47,493 bases of DNA from an uncultured Planctomycetaceae bacterium (lineage in GTDB: Bacteria > Planctomycetota > Planctomycetia > Planctomycetales > Planctomycetaceae). The stretch spans positions 186,001 to 233,493 of the forward strand of contig CAXBME010000011.1 of the NCBI GenBank assembly GCA_963976765.1, given 5' to 3'. The number at the start of each line of letters is the position of its first letter. Position 1 is the stretch's first letter. The position numbers and the translations under genes are program-made. This document shows positions 29,112-39,613 of the stretch, piece after piece. Under the pieces are notes generated by a model. The model saw nothing but the letters and a program-made list of their open reading frames with translations, was not told the origin of the DNA and searched no databases.

Positions 29112-31793
29112 GTGTTTCGAACCTGCCTGCTGTTGATTGCCTCGTTGAACCTTCAGTGTTCCATTTCCGACATCGCAAAGGCTGACGAATCGGATGCGGC
29201 GCTGCACCAGCCGATCGTGTCTGCTGACCTTGTCTTCGCTGAAGAAGGCGGAATGGTCGCTGTTGAAGCCGAACACTTTTTCCGACAGGAAAAATCGGAC
29301 GTGCGACAGTGGTATCAGACCACCTCCAAAGCCCAACCGAAAATCAATCCGGACGGCGACCCGCCTCACGTCGGCGGAGCCAGCGGCGGGGCCTATCTGG
29401 AGTCGCTGCCAGACACCCGACGAACTCATGCCGACAAACTGATCCCAGGTCAGAACTTTTCGAACGAACCCGGCAAAATCGCCGTGCTGAGCTACAAGGT
29501 CCATTTCAAAACACCAGGAAAATACTACGTCTGGGTACGAGCCTACTCGTCAGGCTCGGAAGACAACGGCCTGCATGTCGGGCTCGACGGCGAATGGCCT
29601 GCCAGCGGCCAGCGGCTTCAATGGTGCCCAGGCAAGCACTCCTGGCACTGGGACAATCGTCAGCGAACGCTGGAAGAGCATTGCGGTGTCCCGCTAGGCA
29701 TTTTCCTCGACATTGAAAAGGCCGGCGAGCATGTCATCTCATTCTCGATGCGTGAAGACGGCTTTGAATTTGACAAATGGCTGATGACGACCGACCGAAA
29801 CTTCGCTCGCCCCAATGGAGTTGGTCCAGCCAGCAAAGTCCACACCGGTAGACAGCCTGAGCCGTTCCCCTTTGTGAAAGCGCTGCCAGCTGAAACAGCG
29901 CCATTGAAACCGATCGCTGATCCACGCACAACGGCCGTGCCCCTCGTACTGCCGCGTCAGGATCATGGCAACGGCGAAGTCACTGTTTCCGGCGAACTCA
30001 AACAATGGCATAAGGTGACACTGACACTCGACGGCCCGTTTGCTCATGAGAAAGACAACCAGCCCAACCCGTTCACTGACTACCGCATGGACGTTGAATT
30101 CAGCCACGAGTCCGGTAAACCGTCATACGTTGTGCCAGGTTACTTCGCAGCTGACGGGAACAGTGGTAACAATTCGTCCGAGTCAGGTACGAAGTGGAAG
30201 GCTCACTTGTCTCCAGACAAGGCCGGGCAGTGGAACTACACGGTGCGTTTCGCACAGGGACGACATGCCGCTCTCGATGCAGCAGTCGATTCGCAAAAGC
30301 TGTCGCCGTTTGATGGCCAGCAGGGCTCTTTCAGAGTTGCTCCAACGGACAAATCCGGTCGCGACTTCCGAGCACATGGTCGACTGACCTACGTGGGCAA
30401 TCGCTATCTTCAGTTCGCGGGTTCGAAGGGCTACTTCCTGAAAGCTGGTGCCGACGCGCCCGAAACGCTCCTTGGTTATGCAGACTTCGACAATACGATA
30501 GCAGGCAAACCCGCGAAGGTCCCTCTGAAGACATGGGCTCCGCATGTCAAAGACTGGAACGCTGGCAACCCCACGTGGAAGAACGGCAAAGGCAAAGGTC
30601 TGATTGGCGCAATCAATTATCTGGCTGGCAAAGGCTGCAACGCATTTTCCTTCCTCACCTACAACGCTGGCGGCGACGGCGACAACGTCTGGCCATTCGT
30701 GTCACGTGACGACAAACTTCACTATGACAGTTCGAAACTCGACCAGTGGGGCGTTGTCTTTGATCACGGAACCTCGCTCGGTATGTACCTGCATTTCAAA
30801 TTGCAGGAGACCGAAAACGACGACAACAAGGCGGGAAAAAACAGTGGCAGACGGATTCCGGAATCGCTCGACGGCGGCGACCTGGGGGTTGAACGCAAAC
30901 TCTACTGTCGCGAACTGATTGCTCGATTCAGTCACAACCTGGCTCTCAACTGGAACCTGGGTGAAGAAAACACTCAGTCAACAAATCAACAACGAGCCAT
31001 GGCCAACTACATCGCTCAGCTCGACCCGTACGATCACAACATTGTCGTGCACACTTTCCCCGACCAGCAGGACAAGGTCTATCGACCGCTCCTTGGCAAG
31101 GACTCCGTGCTCACCGGCTGCTCCCTTCAGAACAGCAACATCAAAGATACTCACGTCCAGACCGTGAAATGGGTCCGCGAGTCTGCACAATCCGGCAAGC
31201 CCTGGATCGTTGCTTTTGACGAGTCCGGCAGCGCCGCGCACGGTCAATGTCCAGACATCGGCTACAAAGGATTTGATGGCAAAGATCGAACGGGCAAATT
31301 CATCTACACGCCGAACGAAGTTCGCCAGCAAACGCTCTGGGGCACGCTGATGGGCGGCGGAGCGGGAGTCGAATACTACTTCGGCTATCAGTTTGCAGAG
31401 AACGATCTAGTCTGCGAAGACTGGCGGAGTCGAGATCAGAGCTGGGACTACTGTCGCATCGCTCTTGAGTTTTTTCGCGACAACAGTATTCCGATCCACA
31501 AGATGGCCCCTGCCGACGAACTGGTCGGCAACTCTAATCACAATAACTCAAGATACTGCCTCGCCAAACCCGGCGAAATTTATCTTGTGTACCTGCCACA
31601 TGGTGGAAGCCACTCGGTCAATCTAACCAACGTGAAGGGCGAATTCACTGTCGAATGGTTCAATCCTCGATCCGGTGGCGCACTCGCAACCGGATCGGTG
31701 AAAACCGCCACTGGTGGAACATCAGTCCCCCTTGGCGAGCCGCCGGCAGATGCTGACAAAGACTGGTTGGCCGTTGTCAGAAAATCCGGATAG
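29112..31793 (+). CDS. Secreted DUF5060-domain glycoside-hydrolase-like protein with a C-terminal collagen-binding-like domain
   Basis: [11 protein letters not shown]...[12 protein letters not shown]...[16 protein letters not shown] and [10 protein letters not shown]-terminal carbohydrate-binding-like module. Confidence 0.7.
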   Translation: MFRTCLLLIASLNLQCSISDIAKADESDAALHQPIVSADLVFAEEGGMVAVEAEHFFRQEKSDVRQWYQTTSKAQPKINPDGDPPHVGGASGGAYLESLPDTRRTHADKLIPGQNFSNEPGKIAVLSYKVHFKTPGKYYVWVRAYSSGSEDNGLHVGLDGEWPASGQRLQWCPGKHSWHWDNRQRTLEEHCGVPLGIFLDIEKAGEHVISFSMREDGFEFDKWLMTTDRNFARPNGVGPASKVHTGRQPEPFPFVKALPAETAPLKPIADPRTTAVPLVLPRQDHGNGEVTVSGELKQWHKVTLTLDGPFAHEKDNQPNPFTDYRMDVEFSHESGKPSYVVPGYFAADGNSGNNSSESGTKWKAHLSPDKAGQWNYTVRFAQGRHAALDAAVDSQKLSPFDGQQGSFRVAPTDKSGRDFRAHGRLTYVGNRYLQFAGSKGYFLKAGADAPETLLGYADFDNTIAGKPAKVPLKTWAPHVKDWNAGNPTWKNGKGKGLIGAINYLAGKGCNAFSFLTYNAGGDGDNVWPFVSRDDKLHYDSSKLDQWGVVFDHGTSLGMYLHFKLQETENDDNKAGKNSGRRIPESLDGGDLGVERKLYCRELIARFSHNLALNWNLGEENTQSTNQQRAMANYIAQLDPYDHNIVVHTFPDQQDKVYRPLLGKDSVLTGCSLQNSNIKDTHVQTVKWVRESAQSGKPWIVAFDESGSAAHGQCPDIGYKGFDGKDRTGKFIYTPNEVRQQTLWGTLMGGGAGVEYYFGYQFAENDLVCEDWRSRDQSWDYCRIALEFFRDNSIPIHKMAPADELVGNSNHNNSRYCLAKPGEIYLVYLPHGGSHSVNLTNVKGEFTVEWFNPRSGGALATGSVKTATGGTSVPLGEPPADADKDWLAVVRKSG

Positions 31794-31845
31794 TTTTCAG
31801 CTGTCTGCCCTTTCCCCCGACGCCGTCCGAAACTGGAGTCATACC

Positions 31846-32886
31846 GTGACTTTCCGCAGCCTGTTTGCAGTATTCATTGTGGCCTTGCCGTCAACTTTCA
31901 TGCTGGCAGGTGAGCCTGCCGACAGGACTCCCTTCATCTTCGACACAGACATCGGTAACGACGTCGACGACGTTCTGGCACTGGGCATGATCCACGCTCT
32001 GCAGTCACGAGCGGAATGTGAACTGCTCGCCGTCACGATAACCAAAGATCACGAACACGCGGCGGCATTCACCGATGCCGTCAACACGTTCTATCGTCGA
32101 GGCAATATCCCTATCGGAGTCTGCCGCAGTGGAGTGACTCCGGCAGCCGGTAAGTTCAACGGTCTGGCAGTCCAGAAAGATGGCGACACTCTTCGCTATC
32201 CGCACGATCTGCTATCCGGTAACGATGCTCCCGACGCCGTGGCTGTTTTGCGCAAGGCTCTGGCCAGCCAGAAGGATGGCTCTGTGGTCATCGCGCAGGT
32301 TGGTTTCTCAACCAATCTCGCGGCGTTGCTGAAGTCACCACCAGACTCCCATAGTTCGCTCAACGGCACCGATCTGGTGAAACAGAAGGTTCGCTTGCTT
32401 TCGGTTATGGCCGGAGCGTTCACTCAGATTCCCGGTAAAGGCGGCCAGCTTTATGATCACAAAGAGTACAACATCGTCAAGGACATTCCGGCTGCGAAGA
32501 GCATCGCCGCCGACTGGCCAACAGAGATCGTCTGGAGCGGTTTCGAAATTGGAATCTCACTCGCCTACCCGCATCAAAGTATTCAACGTGACTTTCGATA
32601 CGTGAAGCATCATCCGCTCGCGGAAGCCTACGTGCTCTACAACCCGCCGCCTCATGATCGGCCAACCTGGGATCTCACAAGCGTTCTCTATGGAGTCCGC
32701 CCCGGACATTCCTACTTCGCCCTCTCAGAATCCGGAACCGTCGTTGTCTCTGATAACGGCCTGACAACTTTCAACAAAGACTCCGCAGGCAAGCATCGTT
32801 ACCTGATCATCAACGAGACTCAGAAACAGCGAACTCTGGAAGCCCTGCAACTGCTGTCGAGCCAGCCGCCGAACAGCAAACCCTGA
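31846..32886 (+). CDS. Nucleoside hydrolase (IU-NH) family protein with a signal peptide
   Basis: FDTDIGNDVDDVLAL, GFSTNLA, EYNI and WDL; GTG 31846 follows GGAG. Confidence 0.85.
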   Translation: MTFRSLFAVFIVALPSTFMLAGEPADRTPFIFDTDIGNDVDDVLALGMIHALQSRAECELLAVTITKDHEHAAAFTDAVNTFYRRGNIPIGVCRSGVTPAAGKFNGLAVQKDGDTLRYPHDLLSGNDAPDAVAVLRKALASQKDGSVVIAQVGFSTNLAALLKSPPDSHSSLNGTDLVKQKVRLLSVMAGAFTQIPGKGGQLYDHKEYNIVKDIPAAKSIAADWPTEIVWSGFEIGISLAYPHQSIQRDFRYVKHHPLAEAYVLYNPPPHDRPTWDLTSVLYGVRPGHSYFALSESGTVVVSDNGLTTFNKDSAGKHRYLIINETQKQRTLEALQLLSSQPPNSKP

Positions 32887-32990
32887 AGCACTTTGGAGTT
32901 CGTTTTCAGCGTTCCGCAGGAGCGGCCACAACAGAAACAATGGCTACTCCAGGTGCCAACTCCTGCATAGAAACCATGAAGATGGTCTAA
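32884..32990 (+). repeat. Dispersed ~107-bp MITE-like repeat, copy 2
   Basis: tgaagcactttggagttcgttttcagcgttccgcaggag...ctcctgcatagaaaccatgaagatggtctaa. Confidence 0.8.
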
Positions 32991-33012
32991 ACCTGAGATA
33001 CACATCACACGC

Positions 33013-33474
33013 TCAGCCTGCGTCGTCAGACACCGAGCACTTTGAGCAATGCCCCTTGAGCAGCACCTCGACAACTTCACCCGGCGTTTCCGCGCCGCGC
33101 TTCTTCGCGCTCAGCCGGACCGTGAACTCGTCCAGGCACGAAATCGCCCCGCAATCCACACACATGAAATGTGGATGCTCAGAGAAACCTGTCGACTGAC
33201 CTGACTGAAGCAATTCGAAACGGCGGATGGAATCACCAAGCTCCAGACGAGCCAGCAGACCTGCATCTGAAAGTTCCGTCAGACATCGATAAATTGTCGA
33301 CTGGTCAAATCCAAAATCGTCCAGAGCCTCTGCCACTTCGGAATGACTCTGCGGAACCAGCGTGGAAGCCAGTTGTTGAATCACGGCAATTCGAGCCGCC
33401 GTACTCCTCAATCCCGCCCCGCGAATCATCGCCTTGACCTCAGGCATGGGAAGGTTCTTATCGGATCGCGTCAT
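33013..33474 (-). CDS. Fur-family transcriptional regulator (Zur-like by context)
   Basis: GLRSTAARIAV, STIYRCL, HPHFMCVDCG and GHCSKC. Confidence 0.9.
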   Translation of the reverse strand: MTRSDKNLPMPEVKAMIRGAGLRSTAARIAVIQQLASTLVPQSHSEVAEALDDFGFDQSTIYRCLTELSDAGLLARLELGDSIRRFELLQSGQSTGFSEHPHFMCVDCGAISCLDEFTVRLSAKKRGAETPGEVVEVLLKGHCSKCSVSDDAG

Positions 33475-33529
33475 GGTTCGTTCAAAGTCTGAGAGGAAAG
33501 CAGTTCGGTCGAGCCAGGGCAGACTTTAG

Positions 33530-33552
33530 TTGCATTTGACTTTCAATTGCAA
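33530..33552. promoter_or_regulatory. Candidate Fur/Zur-type operator palindrome
   Basis: TTGCATTTGA-CTT-TCAATTGCAA is a 10-3-10 inverted repeat with one mismatch, between the divergent Fur-family and ZIP genes. Confidence 0.55.
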
Positions 33553-33810
33553 ATACCAGCCCTGATAAATAAGCGTCTCACCGAGAACTGAGGCCACGAT
33601 TTCCTAGGAGTTTCGGCAATCTTCGCCGATACCCCATCACTGCTGCTCGTGCGGAAACTTCGTAAATGCTAGTCTTTTGCAAATAAGACACAGCTGGCAT
33701 TTAGCAGCTGTTTTGATAATGCATCAGGCTGTCAGCGTTTGACACCGGTCGACCACTAAGACATGCCACCCACTCGCCAATGACATCTTTTTCTGCGGAG
33801 CCTCGCAGCG

Positions 33811-34806
33811 ATGACGCCTCCTGTCTTACTTACTTTTTACTGCTGCCTGATCGTGCTGGCGTCACTGGCTGGCGGATGGCTGCCGTCGATGTTTCGGCTG
33901 TCCCACCTTCGTATGCAGCTACTCATGAGCCTGGTCGGAGGCATGATGATCGGCGTCGCGTGCCTGCACCTTCTCCCGCAGGCGATCGCTCAGCTGAACA
34001 ACCCGGCCTGGCTGTCTGGATCGCTCCTGGTTGGCGTACTGTGCATGTTGTTCCTGCTGCGTTTCGGGCACGTTCACCATCACGGCGAAGCTGCCTCGAC
34101 ACACGCGGACTGTGGTCACATTCCAGTCGCCCCAACCATCGCGTCTCCTGACAATTGCTCGCATGACCACGATCACTCGCACGATCATGACACACTGATT
34201 GAATTGTCAGTTCCGACTCAGGTCAAGCCGACGAGACATCGTTTAAGCTGGGTGGGACTGTTCCTGGGGCTGGCACTGCACACACTGTTCGACGGAGTCG
34301 CCCTCGGCGCAAGCGTTGTATCGGAAGCCGGAGGCAGTACTGCTGCCAGCCTGTCACTGTTTGGTCTGGGAACATTTCTAGCCGTCGCACTGCACAAGCC
34401 GCTCGACGCCATGTCGATTACTTCAGTTATGAACGCCGGCGGCTGGGCACCTCGAAGTCTGGCCGTTATCAACGGAGGCTTCGCACTCGCCTGCCCGGCT
34501 GGAGCACTTATTTTCTGGTTCGGTACATCGACACTTGAATCCAGCACTCACCTTGTCGGCTGCGCCCTTGCTTTTTCCGCTGGAGCGTTTCTTTGCATCG
34601 CGCTGACCGACCTCATCCCGGAAGTCCTCAACCATCAGCACGACCGAGTAAAACTCAGTTTCGTCCTCTTACTGGGCAGCGTTCTGGCGATCGGCATCGA
34701 GCTGCTTCCCGGTCACAACCATGGTCGACATCGAAAACCCTCGCAGCCAGTCTCGACATTGACATCCGCTCCCTTAATCAATACTGCCGCCGCGTTCACC
34801 GAGTAG
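33811..34806 (+). CDS. ZIP-family metal transporter
   Basis: Multiple transmembrane helices, a His-rich loop (HVHHHG...HDHDHSHDHD), LHTLFDGVALG, LHKPLD and DLIPE. Confidence 0.9.
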   Translation: MTPPVLLTFYCCLIVLASLAGGWLPSMFRLSHLRMQLLMSLVGGMMIGVACLHLLPQAIAQLNNPAWLSGSLLVGVLCMLFLLRFGHVHHHGEAASTHADCGHIPVAPTIASPDNCSHDHDHSHDHDTLIELSVPTQVKPTRHRLSWVGLFLGLALHTLFDGVALGASVVSEAGGSTAASLSLFGLGTFLAVALHKPLDAMSITSVMNAGGWAPRSLAVINGGFALACPAGALIFWFGTSTLESSTHLVGCALAFSAGAFLCIALTDLIPEVLNHQHDRVKLSFVLLLGSVLAIGIELLPGHNHGRHRKPSQPVSTLTSAPLINTAAAFTE

Positions 34807-34934
34807 TCATCGAAATCGCCCCGGCGCAGAACGCGCCACAGGCAGCGTCGGCCATGCTCCAGCCCGAAGCATGCTTGAATCTGACGACTGCCTCGTGCAG
34901 GACAATGACCGAACAGTCTGTTCGCTAAATAAAC

Positions 34935-34971
34935 AAAAAAGGACTCACGTCGATTTGACGTAAGTCCTTTT
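34935..34971 (-). terminator. Intrinsic terminator downstream of tRNA-Leu, possibly bidirectional
   Basis: Hairpin aaaaaaggactcacgtc-gattt-gacgtaagtcctttt with A and T runs on its flanks. Confidence 0.75.
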
Positions 34972-34979
34972 GCAGCAAG

Positions 34980-35064
34980 TACCGGAGGTGGGACTTGAAC
35001 CCACACGCCCATTACAGGCACGGGATTTTGAATCCCGCGTGTCTGCCGATTCCACCACTCCGGC
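34980..35064 (-). tRNA. tRNA-Leu(CAA)
   Basis: Reverse complement GCCGGAGTGGTGGAATCGGCAGACACGCGGGATTCAAAATCCCGTGCCTGTAATGGGCGTGTGGGTTCAAGTCCCACCTCCGGTA has anticodon CAA, a long variable arm and a GTTCAA T-loop; CCA is not encoded. Confidence 0.96.
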
Positions 35065-35340
35065 GTGGTTTGGCTCGGAGAAAGTTCACTCCGAGAGGGT
35101 AGGATTCTAGGTCGCTTCCATTGCCGATGCCACCGTCCCGTCCGTCGATTATTCAGGATTCCGAGCCGACTCAGAACTCCGTCAGCCGTCAAGAAGTTTC
35201 CGACGCGTGGCTCGAATCAGGACGCCTTTCATGGGAGTAATTCAAGGCAGTTCTCCAGCAACTCGACTGACCACCGCAGGCTTTCGGAGTGCTGCTGAGA
35301 ACGCTGAGGAAAAGTGAAATCTTATCTCTCGGCTGGTGGA

Positions 35341-38300
35341 TCAACGGCGTACAGTCGGCATGAAGCCGATTGAGGTTTCCATCCATGATCCGCAACTGCA
35401 TCCGCCTCCGCCTTCGGGCGCCAGCAGCATGCCGCCTGCCGGAATCGTGCTCAGCCAGCAGTCGGGACGCAGCCGAGGCCACGCGGTCGACTTCCCGGAT
35501 TCGGTATCCCAGACCGTTACGCTTTCAGACCGAAGGAACAATGCGTTGGTCGTGCAGGCGTACGTCCCACAGCCGTGGCCACTCGGCATCGTGAACGGCA
35601 GCGTTTTGCCATCAGTCAGAGACAACACCTGAGGCCGCACGAACAAACGATCTCCGACAATCGCAGGACGTGACATCGCCTTTCCGTGATCGCCTTTTCC
35701 TTCCTTCCAGCCGACCTTCTGCTGCCAGATTTCCACTCCGCCGTCGTCATTGTATGTTGAAATGTGAAATGCCTTCTCAGATGACGACACGACGACAAGC
35801 CGATCTTTTGCGTGAGCCATGTAGAAGGTCACGGTCCCGTCAATCGTGTCGATTGGTCGTTCCCAGAGTTTCGAACCGGTTGTGGCATCCAGCGAAACCA
35901 GAAATTGCTGCTGCCAGAATTCGGGTGACCCAAGCCGCCGCTCGTCAGAAGACATCACATCGGGATGCCGACTCTCGACAAAGAAGACTCGCCCATCCGC
36001 GATCGTGATCGACGAATTCAGGATCAATCCATTCGTCCAGTTCCACGCTTCTGAGCCGTCTTCAAGATGGCGAGCAAACAATCGATCGCTGCCAACCTGA
36101 AATGTCGACGGACCGGTTCGAGCATCGTGCCATCCTTCCTTCCCCCAGTATTCCGTCCAGGACGTTCCTGCCTTCACCGAACTGCCGATCAACTTGTCGC
36201 CTGAACGAGCGACAAAGCCCCAATCAGTCTCCCAACCATCCCGCCCGATTGGCGAGACCTGATGAACTTTCACGACGTTCCCTGTCGCCGCATCAATCTG
36301 CCAGACTTCGTCCCGAACGACCGCATAGACATCGTTACGATCGGCGCACCAGTTTCCAGAATCTCTCGGCACATTGAACCTGAGAAACCCTGGAATCTCC
36401 AGCGACCATAACACCGATCCGTTGTAAGAATCCAAAGCAATAATCCGCTCCAGTCCCTGCAGAAACATCCGGCCCCGCACGGCCAGCGGCGACGGCTTCC
36501 GTCCGCTTCGATCCGCCTGGTATCGAGGCCCCGGTCGACCAACCCACTGAACTTTCAAGTCTTGTCGCGACCGGGCTCCGGCGAGCGACTCACCGCCGAA
36601 GGCCGAGTTGTCCGTGCTTCCGTAAAGGTGACTCCATTCGCCAGTACCCTGCCAGGGACGGCTGCGAAATGTCAGCCAGACACCGTCCAGATCGTCGGTA
36701 ACTGTCGCATTGGCTGAATCGTTGCCTGCATCCGCAACTTTCAGCAAAGCCTCAGTGAGCCTTTCCCGATTTTCGCGATCCGCCTGCCCAAACACCGCCA
36801 CACCGCCATCGGGCCGAATCATTCGCAACACTTCGTCCGTCTTTGCCGGCAGACCGTTTTCGAATGGCCGCTCGCTGGTCAGGAGATTCGCGCAGTGGCC
36901 AGTCAACGGCAACTCGTTGAGATCATCGACCAGATGCACCGAAACCCGGACGCCGTAAATGTCGGACAGAGCTTTTCGCACTCGCGCGACGCGTTCCTGG
37001 TCGTCATCGACGGCGACGACTCGCAACCGGGATCTTCGCGCCAACTCCCTGACGAGCTGCCCATCGGTCAGGCCGACGACAATCGCGAGTCCTCGATCAA
37101 TTTCGGAACGTCCCAGAATCCGCTCGACCGTTGCCTCAATGGCATCGCCAGAATCCTCACTCTTCAAGCCCCCGACGGCGCTCGGCACCATGTAGTTGAA
37201 AAATGTGTCGCACTCAAACTCGCGAGTCTGCTCTCGCTGGCCGCCGACGACCGAATGAATGACGTACGAGTAAATCCGATTTCGCTTCAGGTCACGCAGT
37301 ATGACTTCGTGTTCCTGTTTCGGTACGGGATCCTCATGACTGACGACTTTGGAATCGCGACCGCTTTTCAGAACCAGCTCTAACGAAGTGGGAGTCGGTT
37401 CTACCGTTCGCCACCGAACGACTGCTGTATCCGGAGTTGTGAACTCCAGCCACGGACCGCTTGCCACAGAAATCGTTTCGACCGGCTCAGGAAAACTGCC
37501 GGCTTTCAGTTCATAGCGTGTAGCGACGTCATCAGCACTGAGAACATCGTCGTAAACGGCGACTTCGTGAACGGCTCCCCGCAGGCGATGATGCTCATCT
37601 TTGTCATGGTAGGCTCCGATTTCGTAGAAGGCCTGCGGCGGATAATGAATGTCGCCGGCTTGCTGCTTTGACTCGGCGACCGCCTTACCATTCACAAAGA
37701 GAACCATCGTGGCACCGTCATAGGTCGCGGCGACGTGGCACCAGCTTCGGACTCTGAAATCGGCATCAGCCATCAGGTAAGTCAACCGGCCATTGTCTTC
37801 CGCTCCGGCCAGCGCGAAACTGAACTTCGACTCCCGATACCCGAGCAGCCAGCCGCGTTCGAAATCGCCATTATCCTGGATTGCTCCGACGATGCCGCCC
37901 CATGTCTGCGGCTCGTCCACCCTCACCCACGCTTCAACTGAAAACTCTCGTCGAGGCATTCTCGCGTCGCGGTAATTCTCGGCGATCACGACGCCCTGCC
38001 CGCTGCCGTCAAGTTCCAATGCCTGTCGATCCCCAACTTGCTCAAACAGTGGTCCGGTGACGGTTCGCGCAGCACGGCCACCAGCCAGATTGGCGACCGC
38101 TTTACCGCGGACATACGTCCGCTCAAACAACCATCGCCCCAGCAGGAGCTCATCCTGAGTGGCATCATCCGGCGGAGACGTGTTGAGATCACGCGACTCG
38201 TCACTCGAAGTCCGAGACACCTCATTCGAGGTATCAGTGGCTGCCGGCAAACCGGAGGCTTCAGTGCTCACCCCGCCCGCGCGGAACGCGTAAATCGCTC

Positions 38301-39504
38301 CCGTGTCCGTGCTCGCGATGAGTCGACCGTTGGCTACTGTCAGACCGTACGTCTTACCGTTCACCTCGTGTTGCCAGATTTGCTGACCGGTCTCCGCATC
38401 GAACGCGGCCACTGAATCTTCCCCACCGGCGAAGACAACATTCGCCGCTCCCACAAGTGATAACCGTTGCTCACACGGAACCTGAAACAGAACTTTCCGG
38501 GTCGCCAGGTCTGATGCCACCAACTCGTCGTCCGCCAGCATGTATGACACTCGATCATTGACAGCCAGCGCGCTGCCGCTGCCATAACCGGCAACCATTT
38601 CCATCGAGGTCGGGTCGCTGCGTCCAATGCCGCCTCGGCGCGAATCGGTTGCCGGACCGTGAAAGATACTTGAATCCAGGGACACAACGACGATCGAGCC
38701 GCCGCCACTCTTATTGAACGCGCCCAGATCTTTTCCATCAGCCTTCGAAAAGACCTGCGGCGCGACTCGGCCCTGCGGAAACAGAACAAGACCTGACGAA
38801 ACCGCTGGCGATCCTTCGAGCGTCTTACCATCGAGCTTCCGAACGAACGTCCCATCACCTGCTGGAAGCCCAGTCACAGCATTCACTGAACACAACCACG
38901 AGGGTTCCCACGGCAGCATTCCACAGGCAAACCAGACATTGTCGCCGTTCCGGACGACTCCCGTGCGGCACGGGTTCAACGGAATGAATCGCCCGTTGTT
39001 CAGGATTCTCTGCCCCAATTCGACAGGACGAAACTTCCAGATCAACGAACCGTCCGACGCCTTCAAACAATAGGCAAATCCGTCATCCGATCCGAAGTAG
39101 ATTCGCCCTTCATCAACGAGCGGCGAGACTCGAACCGGTCCGTCGGTCACGAATTTCCAGCGTTCCTTGCCCGTGTCGAGATCCAGACACCGCACCGCAT
39201 CGTCCGCCGACGACCCGAAATACGCCGATTCTCCAACGACCACAACTTGAAACACCTGGTCGTAACTTCGCATCGCCGGCAGATCGCGGATTCGAGCATA
39301 CGCATCCCACTTCGCCGGACCATGCCATGCCGGTTGTGGAGTAAAGTTGGACTGCCACGCCCACTCTAACTCAAGCGTCGCAGCTTCCAACTTCTCCCGA
39401 CTGAATCCACTTCGCCGTTGATCATGCTGCCACGTCGGCCAATCGTCAGCGATACACGACGCACCACTTCCCAGCAAAATGATTAACAGCAAGAGCAGTC
39501 TCAT
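35341..39504 (-). CDS. Secreted multidomain protein: PQQ-like beta-propeller, LamG-like jellyroll, FN3/PAP-N-like domain, SAM-methyltransferase-like domain and a second PQQ-like propeller
   Basis: Signal peptide; DWPTWQHDQRRSG; GKERWKF...RIYFGSDDG; EFSVEAWVR...WCHVAATYDG; AVVRWRT; AIVVGLTDGQL...VVAVDDD; C-terminal RPDCW...GGGCSC. Confidence 0.8.
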   Translation of the reverse strand: MRLLLLLIILLGSGASCIADDWPTWQHDQRRSGFSREKLEAATLELEWAWQSNFTPQPAWHGPAKWDAYARIRDLPAMRSYDQVFQVVVVGESAYFGSSADDAVRCLDLDTGKERWKFVTDGPVRVSPLVDEGRIYFGSDDGFAYCLKASDGSLIWKFRPVELGQRILNNGRFIPLNPCRTGVVRNGDNVWFACGMLPWEPSWLCSVNAVTGLPAGDGTFVRKLDGKTLEGSPAVSSGLVLFPQGRVAPQVFSKADGKDLGAFNKSGGGSIVVVSLDSSIFHGPATDSRRGGIGRSDPTSMEMVAGYGSGSALAVNDRVSYMLADDELVASDLATRKVLFQVPCEQRLSLVGAANVVFAGGEDSVAAFDAETGQQIWQHEVNGKTYGLTVANGRLIASTDTGAIYAFRAGGVSTEASGLPAATDTSNEVSRTSSDESRDLNTSPPDDATQDELLLGRWLFERTYVRGKAVANLAGGRAARTVTGPLFEQVGDRQALELDGSGQGVVIAENYRDARMPRREFSVEAWVRVDEPQTWGGIVGAIQDNGDFERGWLLGYRESKFSFALAGAEDNGRLTYLMADADFRVRSWCHVAATYDGATMVLFVNGKAVAESKQQAGDIHYPPQAFYEIGAYHDKDEHHRLRGAVHEVAVYDDVLSADDVATRYELKAGSFPEPVETISVASGPWLEFTTPDTAVVRWRTVEPTPTSLELVLKSGRDSKVVSHEDPVPKQEHEVILRDLKRNRIYSYVIHSVVGGQREQTREFECDTFFNYMVPSAVGGLKSEDSGDAIEATVERILGRSEIDRGLAIVVGLTDGQLVRELARRSRLRVVAVDDDQERVARVRKALSDIYGVRVSVHLVDDLNELPLTGHCANLLTSERPFENGLPAKTDEVLRMIRPDGGVAVFGQADRENRERLTEALLKVADAGNDSANATVTDDLDGVWLTFRSRPWQGTGEWSHLYGSTDNSAFGGESLAGARSRQDLKVQWVGRPGPRYQADRSGRKPSPLAVRGRMFLQGLERIIALDSYNGSVLWSLEIPGFLRFNVPRDSGNWCADRNDVYAVVRDEVWQIDAATGNVVKVHQVSPIGRDGWETDWGFVARSGDKLIGSSVKAGTSWTEYWGKEGWHDARTGPSTFQVGSDRLFARHLEDGSEAWNWTNGLILNSSITIADGRVFFVESRHPDVMSSDERRLGSPEFWQQQFLVSLDATTGSKLWERPIDTIDGTVTFYMAHAKDRLVVVSSSEKAFHISTYNDDGGVEIWQQKVGWKEGKGDHGKAMSRPAIVGDRLFVRPQVLSLTDGKTLPFTMPSGHGCGTYACTTNALFLRSESVTVWDTESGKSTAWPRLRPDCWLSTIPAGGMLLAPEGGGGCSCGSWMETSIGFMPTVRR

Positions 39505-39613
39505 GCGCGATCCTTCGAGGTCGAGATCATCCGCAGGCTGAAGAAACAGGCTCCGCGCCTGCTCATGCCGATTAAAAAGTCGCAGCCTCTTCCGCCGCGG
39601 TCGAACACCAAAC

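Noticed and set aside
34980..35064. tRNA-Leu as an integration site for a mobile island
   Set aside because: There is no integrase and I saw no duplicated tRNA 3' end in the window. The terminator follows directly.
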